DNA from: the human T2T-CHM13v2.0 reference genome, Homo sapiens | NCBI RefSeq assembly: GCF_009914755.1 | Contig: NC_060934.1 | Reading direction: 5' to 3' (one strand) | DNA: 64,000 nt | Shown: positions 36,916 through 50,323 of the stretch, in pieces | Position numbering within the stretch: position 1 is the first letter of the stretch | Layout: the number at the start of each line of letters is the position of its first letter | The notes under the pieces: generated by a model | What the model was told of the DNA's origin: nothing | The model's database searches: none | What the model saw: the letters and a program-made list of their open reading frames with translations, nothing else | Position numbers and translations under genes: made by a program

Positions 36916-37252
36916 AAACAAGATACATAATAATAACATGATTCACCTATTTTATTCATAGATTTACTCTACAAATATTTTAAGGCCCAAGTAAATGCAA
37001 AGCGTTGTTATAAAATTAAACACCTTGGACCTACATTGACCTTTCAACTTCCAGTATTTAAGGTGTCCACGAAGTTATTCGTGATCTAAGCCCCGTCTTC
37101 ATAGTTAGAAACACAGTTTCTCCAGGTTTCAAGCCAGGGGTTGCCTTGCGTAGCTGGATCCACTGGAAACAGAGTCTCCCTCAGAAACCTGGATTTCCCC
37201 TGTCACACCTTCCCGCTGGGACTCTGGTTCACCTTGGAGGGTAGTGTGACGT

Positions 37253-37814
37253 TGTTAGGGGCTGGATGGTGCCCCTCTAAATTCCTGTGTTGAGGTCCCT
37301 AGGATCTCAGATGGTGACTGTATTTGGAGATAGAGTCTTTTTTTTTTTTTTTTTGACGGAGTCTCACTCCGTCCCCCAGGTTGGAGTGCAGTGGCATGAC
37401 CTTGGCTCACTGCAAGTTCTGCCTCCCGGGTTCACGCCTTCTCCTGCCTCAGCTTCCCCAGTAGCTGGGACTACAGGCGCCGGCCACCACACCCCACTAG
37501 GAGATAGAGTCTTTAAAGAGGTAATTAAGGTAAAATGAGGTCACTAGAGTGGGCCCTAATTCAATATGACTGGGGTCCTTAGGAACAGAGTAATTTGGAC
37601 AGACACACGTAGAGGAGAGCCCATGTGAAGACCCACGGAGAAGGCAACCATCCACCAACTGAGGAGAGAGGTCTCCAAAGAAACCGATTCTACCGGCATC
37701 TTGACCTCAGGCTTCCAGGCTACAGAATTGTGGGGCAAAACATTTCTGCTGCTGAAGCTACCCCATACCCCCATCTGTGGCGCTGTGTAACGGCAGCCCC
37801 AGCAGAGTGATCCA
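37253..37814 (+). mobile_element. MLT1B-like MaLR solo LTR interrupted by an Alu
   Basis: GTGACTGTATTTGGAGATAGAGTCTTTAAAGAGGTAATTAAGGTAAAATGAGGTCACTAGAGTGGGCCCTAATTCAATATGACTGG...CCATGTGAAGAC matches MLT1B once the Alu is removed. Confidence 0.9.
37341..37499 (-). mobile_element. 5'-truncated AluY-like element (right arm only) with a 15-bp TSD
   Basis: poly-T followed by GACGGAGTCTCACTC...CACTGCAAGTTCTGCCTCCCGGGTTCACGCC; GGAGATAGAGTCTTT flanks it at 37326-37340 and 37500-37514. Confidence 0.93.
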
Positions 37815-39754
37815 GACACTTCTCAGCCGGTGGGTTCTGCAAAATCTCCCAGCTCCCGTGAGCTGTCCCACCACCTCACATCATAGCCATGAGGCACGTA
37901 AGGGGTTAAGAAAAACATTGTAAAATCAGATCAGGTCTCTACTGTCTGCTTAAAAGTTGCATCTCTAGATTTTACATGAATTTTTAATTTTAGATGACAC
38001 CTTTGACTAGAAGTGACAGTGGAGCAGATCATTTGTGTAATTACAGCAACAATCACCGAGGAAAGAGAGCACCTCTCAAAAGAACAGAAAATACGAAGTG
38101 GATTTGATGGCGAATGGGGCTGGTAGCCGGAGTTGCAGGATCCTCCAGCTTGCTGGAGCTGCGAAGCAATGAATGACATCACAGCCTTGCAAAACAGGAG
38201 GTCATTTATTTTCCCATTTTAGAGAAGGTATGCTATCAATTCTCAAGAAAAAAACAACACTTCATTCCAAAACACGTTTTGTGAGGGCTAGAAAACAAAA
38301 CAAAACAAAAAACAAAACCAAAGGATACCTCCAGCAGGAAGGTATCAGATAAATAAAACTCAGACAATAAATAGAACCAAATCACAGCTAGTGTTCACAT
38401 GTTTGAGCTGTGTGTTTCCGGTGATCATGTCCTCAGCAATAGAAGATGCTGTGTTTTGGCTTTTCTTCCACCTTAGATCTGATATTCAAGGCATATTAGT
38501 GACTCTAAGGCAGAGTAATTAAGCTGACAATCTGTCCATGTGGTAGAAGCATGATAAAAAGCTTTAAAATGACTTGGTCTAGAAAACACAGGTATGGAAA
38601 TGCTTGGCAATTTCCGTAGCACAAAGTAACCTGATGTGTCACACGGTGAAGAAGCAAAAAGCAAGCTGAGGGATGATAAACTCACACCAACCAGTCTGAA
38701 AGCAAAATCTTTCTGCTTCCACAAACCGAGTGAAAAGAACTGTCTCCAACTTTAATCACTTTAGAGGAAGAGGGGGCGTAGCTGCTGTGGATTTTTAAGA
38801 TACTGATAACACCACTAAAGTTTTAGAAGACCAATCCCTGTTGAATAGCTAGTTAAAGTTTGAGAACAAATGTCATGTTTTTATTGCTTATAGGAAGACC
38901 ACAACTAATTAGCCTAAGTTAAGTAAAGCATATCCTTTGAAAATTAGAGACAAGTTACTTTGCCCTCTGAAGAATGGCCTATTATTTACACTGTTGCTAT
39001 GAACATCCTGTAGTCTCCGAACTGGAACTCAGTATTGTCAGTAGAAATAGCCTGGGAGCAGGCATCGGCATCTTGTGACAACAGTGGGTTTTTGGAGGGA
39101 AAAATAATTCAACAGGTGGAAATAACTAGTGCTTTCTTTTGCCAGGTTTTGAAGATCATAACCTAAATTCAGTTTCTGATTGGAAGGTTTGGAAGTTGCA
39201 ATGTCCATCGTTCCTTGCACGTTCTGAATGCTGTAACTAGAACCAATATTGCCATTTTCAAGGAGCTAGTGGAATCAGTGGGATTATTAATTGGGGAATG
39301 TGATCAAGGTGTCAAGTTTGTATGGAGACCCGCAATTCTCTCCAGCACCAGAGGAAGGAAGGATCACATGGGCCCAATGATTATGTTTTTAGGATGGAAA
39401 ACTCTGAGAATGAGGGGAAGGACCCATCTATGGCAAGGGCCTGGAGATTTGCATTCTCACAACCACATTGAGTTCAAACCTTTCCTGCATTTTTTCCAGA
39501 TTTACTACATCTTGAATGAAAATGAGAAACACTTTTCTTGGTGCAGAAATAGATCCTTGGCTCAAAAAGTTAAGTCCAATGTCGAGGAGATGATCTGTGC
39601 CATCTGAAAGGACGCGCCCAGCTCCTGAGAGAGCTGCAATATTCCTATTTGAATGAGGAAATTGCCTCCTTATTCAAATTCCACTTCCCCTTTGCACGTT
39701 CTCTCAGAACATGAATCCTTTAAGGTAAGATGTTCATTTAAAATGCACACATTT

Positions 39755-40132
<378 letters not shown>

Positions 40133-41314
40133 TCAAGTTAGGTGGGGAGACTGAGGCAGACGGTATCCAGTCTACATCTTCACACACAGGAGCCAACCCA
40201 CTGTGGTCACTCTCCTGACTGGGCTTTCCCGGCAGAGCAATTTAGACAAAGAAGAGTATGCTGCTAGTTGCGTACCAAAGGGAAGGATTCCTAGTTGATG
40301 AAACGCAGTCATGTCCAAGGGGAAAAAAGGACCTCAGGTTGCAATTCCAGCCATCAGCCAGCGGCCCAACTGCACATTCACCTGTGTGCGTGCGTGCCTC
40401 CATGTCCTTGGTGTTCTGCCTGAGTTCAACAGGTCACCAGGTGAAAAACAGCTCTGTGAGGAAAGAGACTGCTCCGAGGGTGTTCCAGGCCATGCGGCTG
40501 ATTCATCCTGGACTTCAGCAGTCGGCTGCTGAACTGCCGGATTGAGAACTTTTCTAGGGAGAAATTAAACAAAAGGTGGCTTTGAGTAGTGTAACAGAAA
40601 GGGCAATAGTATTGGGCATAAGATACTACTGGGGAAAAAACTCAGGGTGTCCTAGGACCAATTGTTAAAGTTAAGAAATATTAGGGAACAGAATTCTTGG
40701 TTAATTATGCTCGGTCTGTAGTAATTCCTAAAGTGAATGAAGTGATTAGTCTATCAATAATTGGTGTTTTTAAAGGCTTGCTTTAAAAATAAAAGTCCCT
40801 GACAGATTGAAGGATGGCAAACTTGAGGCTTTAAGCAAGGGGCCAGGGTAATAACCAGCGAGGAGGAGACAGTGTCTGACCCCATGGTGATGGTGGGCAA
40901 AGTCCTAGAGACATTAATAAGAGATGAGATCACAAAACATCTGGAGAAATAAACCAGTCAGGATGGCTTGTGACAGCAAAGGCTGCCTGAGGAATTGGGT
41001 GGAATTGTGCGGGGAGACAGGCAGAAGGTGGCACCCTCCAAGGACGGCGTATTCTGATCCACTTGAATCACCCATACGGATGCTGGTTGCATTTAGTACA
41101 GGTCTGATGAGCAAAATGGCTTCAGAGTAGTCAAAAATTGCATGAGAAGGCAGTTTTCTAGAGATGGGAGGACACTCGTGTGCAGATTTCCCTTCCCCAG
41201 ATGGACTGAGGACAGGGAGGCAGGGCCTAGCCCAGTGCTTGGTACCCCTGAAACACAGAGAAATTCCGGCTTTCACAAAACATGGATAATAATCACCATT
41301 AATAAGAGCTCTTC

Positions 41315-41870
41315 TCGTTTCAGGTGACTGACACCCAAGTCAAATGCCTTATGCAAAACATGAATGTATTAGTTTACATGGCAGAGAAGGAAGCTGAGGT
41401 TAGTTACAGATTGGGCAAACTGTATGAAACAGGGACTCAATGACAGATTAGAGCACCCAGGGCCACCAGGGTTCCCCCCAACCTCTCTCTCTCCCCGTCT
41501 CCCTCTCTCTATCTCTCCTCACATCTATTTTCATCTTTTTTTTTTTTTGCCTCTATTTGGCTTTGTTCTGTAGACAGACAGACTCCACACAGCAGAAAAT
41601 GTAGCCAAGAACAGCCTTGAATTCACAGCCTCAGAGCTCAACACATGGGACTTGTTCTCTGAAAAGGCACCCAGGGATCAGCTGCCACAGAGGCCGTAAT
41701 TGGTCCCCTCTGGGTCACATGTCCACTGTTTATACCAATAGCTTTACTCAGAGGGTGGAATCTTGGGGCTGGTGGTCCCAAGAGAGGATCATGATTAAAG
41801 TGGAGACACCCCCCGAGTGAGACAGTGGGCTGAATGTTGTTGCAAGTTCCCAAGCAGTGTATCTGCCTCT
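41315..41870 (-). mobile_element. Old MaLR LTR (MLT1J/K/L-like)
   Basis: CAGGGACTCAATGAC, a CT-rich centre, TTGGCTTTGTTCT and ATTGGTCCCCTCTGGGTCACATGTCCAC...ACCAAT are antisense motifs of old MLT1 elements. Confidence 0.55.
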
Positions 41871-42609
41871 ATGGACTCTGGAGGTTCGTCCACATTTTTA
41901 AAGCGGGTTAGGATCATAAATGTATCAGTTGTCACCGTATATTACTGTGGGTCCTAACCCACATATTCTTGGGATGGGAACTTTTGCTTTGCTTCACTGG
42001 TAAAGGAAAAGTTCCCACAGTATTTTTGCTGTTATTTGAAATCTTTTAGGGGTCTCGTATGTGAATGCCAGGTCTTCCTGGATGGTGCTTTCCTTGTCAC
42101 TGTGAGATGGGTCCACAGGGCGTATCCCTAGTTTGCTGTTGGGAAAAATAGCTCCCACTGCCCAGAAGCTCAGCTGGCCCATGCTCTGCAGTGGTTGGGC
42201 ACCTACGGCCTTGATAACCTAGAGCGCCACGCGCCCCTCCATTGTTGGAGAAGCATTTCGGGCTGGCTGACTACACCCTGGCTCCTACATCTGCTGTCAC
42301 AGTAGGTTCTGGGCTGAGGGTCAGTGGCGACATCTTGTAAGTAGGCAGAAAATATCGTAACTACATAGAAAGTCAGTGGAAATTTAGGTTGCCAGCTAGC
42401 TGGATCTCCCAGATGGTTTTCCTGCTTCCATTCTTGCTTTCCCACCCCCTACCCCCACCCACCACACCAATATCTGTTCTGTAGTCTAGGGGAAATTTTA
42501 AAACCTCAAATCCAGTTTTCCTCCCACTTAAAGTCCTCCTCTGACTTTCCATCACAATAAACAATTATATGGAAATGTTCCCCCGCGTCTGCCGGTTCAA
42601 TCCCTGCTC

Positions 42610-43015
42610 ACCGCCACAGCGTAGGCATTTACACGCCCACCTCCTGCCAGGCTTCAGTGTCTGCTTGTTCTGCTCTGACTTTCTGGGCCTTCTTCTTGTT
42701 CGTGGTCTATTCTTTATTCACTGAATGCCCTTCCTTGGGTTTCTACAAGGCCTTTTTTGTTTGTTTTTTTGTTTGTTTTTGTTTTTAGCTTGAAACTCGC
42801 ATACAGAGAGACCTTCTCTGATCCTCCCAACTAAAATAGGCTCCAAAGCTTAATTTCTTTCATAAGATTTTGCCTTGCTGTGTTCTCTGCCTCTCCAAGC
42901 TAGATGGAATGAGAGCTGGACTTCCTGGGATCGCCACTCATCTGCAGTGCCTATGACAGTGCCTGATAAGCAGGAGGCCCTCAATTAAATGTGGCTGGGA
43001 AATAAATGACTGACG
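42610..43015 (+). mobile_element. L2 3' fragment
   Basis: Ends CAGTGCCTATGACAGTGCCTGATAAGCAGGAGGCCCTCAATTAAATG...AATAAATGA, an L2 terminus. Confidence 0.65.
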
Positions 43016-46000
43016 AATAGAATCTTGTAGCTCAGAAGACACCAAGCAGTGTTCCTGCTAAAGATGTGGGCATTTGTGGTCTTCAGTCCGTGCTTTCAAC
43101 TATTAGCGAGTCACACACAAAGGCCAACAGATACTTGTCATTTTTGGAGGTTAAAATTGTCATCCTTCTCACTGTGAGACTGGTAAATGGATTGTCACTT
43201 AGCTGGAGAATGTGCCACACCGGTACCCCAGATACATTTTTATTGTCTGTCATCTTAGAGTCAGTAACACTCTTCACAGGTTGGAAAGGACATTTTTTTT
43301 TTTTTTTTTGGTCTTAAGGGATTTATGAAGCTCTCTAGGCAGAGGTCTTGTGGTTATTCTATGAATGAATGAATGACTAGATAAGCATTAAGGCTTCTTG
43401 TTCAAATTAGATGCTCAATAAACTAAGCTAAATAAATAATTAAAATATGAATAAGTAATCTTCTTAGGTAAGGCAGAAGTCTAAAGCAGAGAGAGAATAG
43501 TTAATAAAACTTCATATATTTTTCACATTTTTTACCCACACAATCAAATTTCTTCCACCAAAGGCTATCTGTACAAATGCCTGATGATGAGGCTGCCCAA
43601 AATGAGCTGAGAGGTGGGGACTGTGGTGCTGGGGCCAGCTTAAGGAAGAACAATCAGTGCTGACATTCATGACCAGGCTGGAGTCACCATCAATTCTTTA
43701 TACAAATAACCAATTAGACCAAATTTAATTTTGTAAGTAAATTAGACACAAACAGTGGGCTTTCCCTGCCTTTACAAATGACTGCTGCTGCCAAGTCATT
43801 GGTCCCTGTCAATTTCTTTTCCTTATCACTTACAAAGAAGTTATGTAGACATAGTCAAGGGTGTAGACAGAATCATGGAAATGAAGCCCATGTTACAGAT
43901 GTAGAGACGAGGACGCAACTGGATACATGGCTGCCCGTGAAGTTCAGGGTGGTTCTTAACTGGGAATGCTGAGCACATGTGCACATGAAAGCGCATGTGT
44001 GAACATGCATGCACACAAAGATCTATGGTGCAGGCAGCAAACACTCAGTGTTCGAGATAGCACCAAAGTCAACAGAGGATGCTCTAGTGGGGATTGACCC
44101 ACAAACTGCAATTAGGCCGGCATGGAACTACTCATCACACTGCACTCCATGAGAAGGCTGGCTGGCACAGGTCAAGGTCCCATAAGTGAGGATATTAGCC
44201 ATGGATGTGACACGGGGTGGTTTTCCAACCTGCTCATTCAAGAACTAATTGGTAGGTCAGGAAATTGCAGACACTGTCTGAACAAGCTAGGAAAGGGACA
44301 TGAGGAGAGGGCAAAGTTTCATCATGAATATAGGAATTCTATTGCTTTAAATGCCATATTCTTTGTTGCTTGACACATTCATATTATCCCAGAGGCCATT
44401 TTAGTTGGTCTCCAGCTGTGAAAAAGACAACATCACATCTGTGGTGTCAGGTGGAGGCAAACACAACAGGAAAAAAATTAATTGAAAAATCTTGTCCAGA
44501 TATTTTGCAAAGAAATTAATAATGTGCTTGCCTTATGGAGAGATGGCCCATTTTTGTGTCGTATGCAGATATTCAATGCATATTTAAATACTCTTTAGTT
44601 TTAATGTACTGATATTACAAAGACTTAAACTTATGAATATGTAAACGTATAGAAATCACTCAGTAGCTTTACCAAAAGGTCAATATACTAAATTTATTAA
44701 GGTCTAGGTACTAAAATGTCTGTACTGATCTTAAACAGATTTGTTGTTGTTGCAGATTTAACTAATTTAAGTGAATTATTTTGTGACAGCAAACATGTCT
44801 GCATGTGGGTCAGGCAAGGACCAGTGTTGAGCATGGGAGAATTAACTGCCAAGTCCTCATCCCAGAATCTGTGTGCCTCCCATTCACTTATTTGGTGCAT
44901 CCTGAAACCTAGGTACAAATATGTTGGCCCCTTTGTTACCTAACACTTGGCTGACATGGGGGAGCCAGAAAAGGCAGGCAGAGAATTCCCCTTGACGCAA
45001 TTAAAATAATCAATTTTTCCATCAGATCATGTGGATATCATATCAATTACTATCACATTTTTAACATGACTCCAAGCCACTTATAATACACTATTTGCCA
45101 GTCTTTTAATTGTATCAGTAAAAATGAATTTCCACCTGATATGGTAATTAAACTAAATATGTGATAATGCATTTGATTAGGGATGGAAAAACGTAAGAGA
45201 AAATCAAAATGAAAGGACGCCAGTGAGTCCTTTGCCTCGCGTGCTCCCTTCCCCTGGGCTGCTGCTTCCCTGAAGGTCCTTGGTCTTCTTGCTCCAAAAT
45301 CGGAGTTTTCTGTGCTGCTGGACACAGAAGTTCAGTTCATGAAATATTTCACAGAGATCTTGCTAACTTCCCCAGTTGCAATTCCCAGGGAGACATGCTG
45401 AAGGAAAGCCACCTTTTGACCTGCTCTGGGGTGGCTTTGGGAGCTCCTGGGAACCCTGATTTGCCTGGCCCCCAGAAGCAGGCAGGTCAGGACCACAGAC
45501 AATGTGGGAGAATGTCTCCCCTCCTGACTTCAGGGGTAGGACGCCACTCCATGATGGCCTCAGCATTTGACGCCCTCCCCATTGAGCAAAATGTTTCTCC
45601 TCTTCCTGAGGGGACAAGGCAAGGAGATTTAGCAGGTGCAGGTGGCCTGGGTCAGCAGAGAACTTCAAATTCTAGCTCTTCTGCTACCAGGGCAAGACAC
45701 TTAGTTTCCCAGAGCCTCCCATTTCCCAGCCATGTGGTGGAGAAGATAATCCCCCTCCCTCAGGGTGGTTGAGTGCAGGGCGGAGAAGCACCTTGTAAAG
45801 CCATGCACAAAAAGATACAAGGCTGCTCCATTCATCTCATTGACAGCAAATATCCTGGCTGGTTTCATTGAACGTTTCTAGGATAAAGTAACCACTGATC
45901 ATATTCATCATTAAGTTAACAAGGATTAATCTCTGTGTTCTGTTGAAATGAATTGGAAACTGGACTACTGAGTGGAAGATTCTTGTTGAAGGCAAGCTGT

Positions 46001-46633
46001 GGAAGCCACACAGAAGCAAAGGACCAGGGACACTTAATTTGATTTTCTTGTCCTGAAGGTGAGATGGCCTGGGTATGCTCAGGTGAGGGGATCCCCGTTA
46101 TCTATTGATCTGCTCAAGAATTCAGTCAATATTTAGGGAGTGCACAGTGTACAATCAGCCATTGGGGTGTGTTGGAGAGAGACCAGAGGGATCATGAACT
46201 TCAAAGGGCCTTCCAAGGTGTAGGTGTGAATCCGCAAGGTGCAAGGTGCCTATTGTACCAGGATGTTTCTTGAAGCACCCTAACTGAGCTAGAGACAAAG
46301 CACCAGAAACATGGGAGAACCCACCTCCTGGAAGCTACAAGACCATGTCAGATAAAATAGTTGGCACACACATACATACACACTTTAAATATATGTATAT
46401 ATGTAATGTTAAATAAAAAGGCATCTAGCCAAAAGAAGGCTGCATTACAATTGTATCTTTATGAAAGTGCATATGACAATCACGTGAATATCAAATGAAT
46501 TCATTATGATCACTGCTATTTCCATGCATACCAAATGAATGTATAATGACTGGCCTCTCAAAGTGTTACCAATTTTTTTAAAATTCTACAAATAATGGGA
46601 AAATTAATCTCATTACAGGCTGAAAAGGTCATG

Positions 46634-46709
46634 TTTTAGAAAAGGTATTCAGATTTTAGGGGTATTTGGATTTTAGAAAAGGTATTCGGATTTTAGAAAG
46701 GTATTCAGA
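46634..46709. repeat. Four-copy ~19-bp minisatellite-like repeat
   Basis: TTTTAGAAAAGGTATTCAGA / TTTTAGGGGTATTTGGA / TTTTAGAAAAGGTATTCGGA / TTTTAGAAAGGTATTCAGA. Confidence 0.9.
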
Positions 46710-47499
46710 AATACTTAGAAGGTTGGCAACCAGTAGTTTTCAGATTCTGCCTCAGCTCATTTATCCTTCCACCTTTGTCTAGAATCTACTTCTATTGCAT
46801 TCTCAGCAATGTCCCAGCAGAGAAGGTCTTGCATCTGCTATCTGAATGAGCACAAGTTTCCTTCATTTCAGGAGTCCTTCGCTGCTTCTGAGGCTTCTTG
46901 ACATTGGAAGGTTTGTCTCATCCTGAATGTGGAGGCCCGACAGAGGCAGGAAAACCTCTGCCCACAAAGCTGTCTTCCCAAAAGGCAGGACTGAAGGAGC
47001 CTTTTCTGAGCTCTCCAGGAAACAGAGAGATGCTGGCAGGAATGCAGGGCCTTAACTAGCACAGTTGGAGCCTGGAATAGGACTGTTGAAAGGCTTCCTT
47101 TCTCTTGCAGAAATCACCTTTTCCAACAAAATTTTAGGTGCACCTGGTGTTTGCAGAACTAGGGGAGGAGTGGAAGACCCTGAGGGAGCACGTGCACGTG
47201 TGTGCACACAAACACACACAATTTAAATATATGTATATAGATAATTTTGAATGTATTTACGCATATATACATATTTAATCAATTCTCAATAATCTTTTTT
47301 ATTGGGTGACCCCAGCTCTAAGGGTCTGTCCCTGACCCCTGGAATTTGGTAGCTTAAATAGTACACTATTCAATGACTACGGTTTGGTGTGACAATTCTT
47401 TGTTTGAACCAAAGAAGCTGACACGCTTTGGATGGATGGCTTCATTTATATTCTAATTTTATAGAATTTATCCCTTACTCTTACGTGAAAGTGTGAAAT

Positions 47500-47658
47500 T
47501 CAGAAGATCCCAGTGCCAACCAGAGTAGAATCCTCAGAGGAGGGGCAGGTTAAACGCAGGTGGCTGAGCCCCCCTTGGAGAGTCTGACTCAGGAGGTCCG
47601 TGAGTGTTTGCAATGCTCCCCGGGACACCGTGGCATGGGGCCGGGTTGAGAACCGCTG
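47500..47658. mobile_element. MER5A-like hAT MITE
   Basis: GAGTCTGACTCAGGAGGTC...TTGAGAACCGCTG resembles the MER5A body and terminal inverted repeat (TTTGAGAACCACTG). Confidence 0.6.
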
Positions 47659-48699
47659 GATTAGCTGCGTTCTCACCGTGGAACTCACCTGGCCACTGTG
47701 AGCCCCCTCCTCTACGCAGGTCCATCTTCATGTGGTAACAATGGGGGAAGAGGAGAGGCAGTGGGGAGATGCTGGGAGGGGTTCAGAATTGGAGGCAGAG
47801 ACTTTGTCAGCATTTTCTCATTGGAGACAGTCAAAAGGAAGGAGTCAAATCTGGCCCGATGTCCTAGTAACAACTCTAAGATAAAAAGAAGACACTGGGT
47901 AGCGGAAGTGGCAGTGCCACAGCCCACAGAGCACATCTTTGGAAGACTTGGGACACTTTGGGTGCCAGTGGCAGAATCCGACCACCTTTTGGGCATTTTC
48001 TCTATATTCCCAGGTGCTGCACAGACCCAAGAGTCATTGCAGCAACTGGATCATCCCCAGACCCTTGGGTCCCTGCTCCCCTCACCTCATGTCAGTCCTG
48101 CCCAGACCCTTCCTTGCAGTGTTCTGGGGTCACATCTCTCACGTCACAACCCTCTTGTCTTCAGAATGTCGAGCACCAAGAAACAGTTCTGTGTGACCAG
48201 ACTGGAGTCACATGCCTGGTGCTGGGGGTAAGGGCTGGGGAGGGGGCAGATGGACTCTTCAGGCCCACCAGGGCAGGAGGGAGCAGTAATGTGAAGATCA
48301 GGGAGTCGACAGGCGGTGGAAAAAAAATACTGCTTTTCTTTCTCCATACAGTTCATTAATTAATTTCACCATGACTCATTTCCTAGGGTAAATTTCTGCA
48401 GAAGCAGAGAGAAAAGGTGAGTGTACACAAATGCTCTTGAACACATCCTGTAACAGAAAAAGGACAATTCCCTGTGGCTTCTGGGGCTTCTGGAGGAGTG
48501 GGATCAGGTACCCAGGGTGTCCACTTGCTCTTGAAGGAGAAGCATCCCTGGTGGCCACAAACCAAGAAGCAGAAGTCACATGAGGCTTCTGGGCTGGCCC
48601 CTCCTCTTCCAAGGGGGGCCTTGGAGCAAACCATGCCACCTCTAAAACCCCCAGTCACCTCATGAATAAATTAGGATTCATAATAAGGAACGGACACCA

Positions 48700-48905
48700 A
48701 ATCCAAAGCACTGTCCTGGGTCATACCCTGGAGCAGGAAAAGGACATTATTAGAAACTTAGGTGAAACCTGAATAAAGTTTGTATTTAGTTAATCTTATT
48801 GTTCCAATGTGAATTCCCCATGGTTATATAAGACATGAACATTAGAAGAAATTGGATGAAGGGTATGTGGTATGCTCGAAAAGAATTTCAAGACAAAACA
48901 TTTCA
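48700..48905 (+). mobile_element. L1MC-like 3'UTR fragment
   Basis: CCTGGAGCAGGAAAAGGACATTATTAGAAACTTAGGTGAAACCTGAATAAAGTTTGTATTTAGTTAAT. Confidence 0.7.
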
Positions 48906-49049
48906 AATAAGGGCAGGACAGAGGAGATGCTTGGTTAGTATTTGTAGGATGATTGTGTCTTAAGGATTAAATTAGACAATGTCCATAGAGTGACCGTGAT
49001 GAAACCTGACCAGGAGAACCCTCAGGAAATGGGAGTTGCTCTATGAGCT

Positions 49050-49590
49050 CTCAGCACAAAAGCAAGTCAGCTCCTTCCCAAGATGTGCAGGACCCCTTCT
49101 CAGATCCTGCCTCACTGTGGCCTTTCTCACCTCCTAAAGCTACGATGAAGTCATTTAGTCACTGCTTAGAGGTTCTCGGATGCACTGTGCTCTCCCTGGA
49201 CTCTGGGCTGCCACACATTGCTCCCAACACCTGCTTCCACTCTCTTGGCTTGACCTTGCTCAGCTTAGATGTCATTTGTTCCAAGAAGTCATTCCTGATC
49301 CATATAAAATGGAACCAGGGACCCCATCGTCTATGGGGCTACCATCCTAATACTTTGCACCCTCAATGCTAATCCCTGATTACATATTAGTCACTCTCTA
49401 GAACAAGGACCCAGCAGTGTGCTGGATCATGCTCTGCACTGGATCAATATTTGTTGAGCACAAGAATGAATACTAATTGTGTCTCTCCAGGCAGTGGGCT
49501 GCAAGCTTCTTGTGAGTAATGATCTTGAGTCTTGCATCTTCTCAAAGTCTCCTTCTGTGGTGTTGAGTATAAAGTAGGTCACCAACGAAT
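49050..49590 (+). mobile_element. L2 fragments
   Basis: CTCAGCTTAGATGTCATTTGTTCCAAGAAGTCATTCCTGA and TCAATATTTGTTGAGCACAAGAATGAAT are L2 3' motifs. Confidence 0.55.
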
Positions 49591-50323
49591 TCATTGCTTG
49601 ATGGAAGAGAAAACAAACAAAAAAACTCAAGTAAAAAGTAACTGCATGAAATGCAATCGGGAGACAAGCAAGAAAAAAAAATCAAGCCTGGCCTTCTCTC
49701 TGAGAGCATTCTGTCTTCGGCAGTAAATTTCGTATTGTCTCTTCTAAGTCCTATGTCCTGAGGGTCTGCCATGGGCTGTGCATGGAGCAGGACACCGCTG
49801 GCCCCTTCCTCCACTCTGGCTGCTCACCTGAGCAGGCCCAAACCTCCTGGGCAATCAAGCAGAACATTTTGTCTGCATCCCTCTGAATTCACAATTATAA
49901 CATGTTTTCCCTCTACTGCCTACCTTGGATGCATTTTCCTTCTTTCAGAAAATAGGTTCTTCTTTGTATTAATGACACCCATCCAAGGGATACCCATTCG
50001 GGTGACACTGTGAATATCAGACTAGTCACTGCATTCAAAAAAGGCACACCCTCTTTGGAGAAAGCAGTTTTGTAGGAGATATCCACAGTCAAGCTTGCCA
50101 TAGGGAAGTCAATGAGGGGGCCTTCCTGGGTCAGGAAAAGCTCTGCATTGGAAGTGACCCTTGAGTTTCTGGGAAGGTTCTGTGTCTTGTGCTAACGCAA
50201 TGCTAAGTCTTGCATTGAAAGTAAATTATCCTACATAAGGGCATGAAAATGTGTGAAAAGAGTGGGGAAGACAGGTCTACAGTGATTGCTAAAGGGTCAT
50301 AGATCTATGTACACCCCCATCAG

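Noticed and set aside
37287-37538. Alu-derived ORFs (also 39923-40126 and 61576-61785)
   Set aside because: Typical Alu translation artefacts
46634-46709. CRISPR-like array
   Set aside because: Units abut with no unique spacers, there are no cas genes, and the DNA is mammalian
47698-48231. 177-aa ORF
   Set aside because: Non-ATG start in a eukaryotic context, no recognisable homology, overlapped by equally long ORFs in other frames
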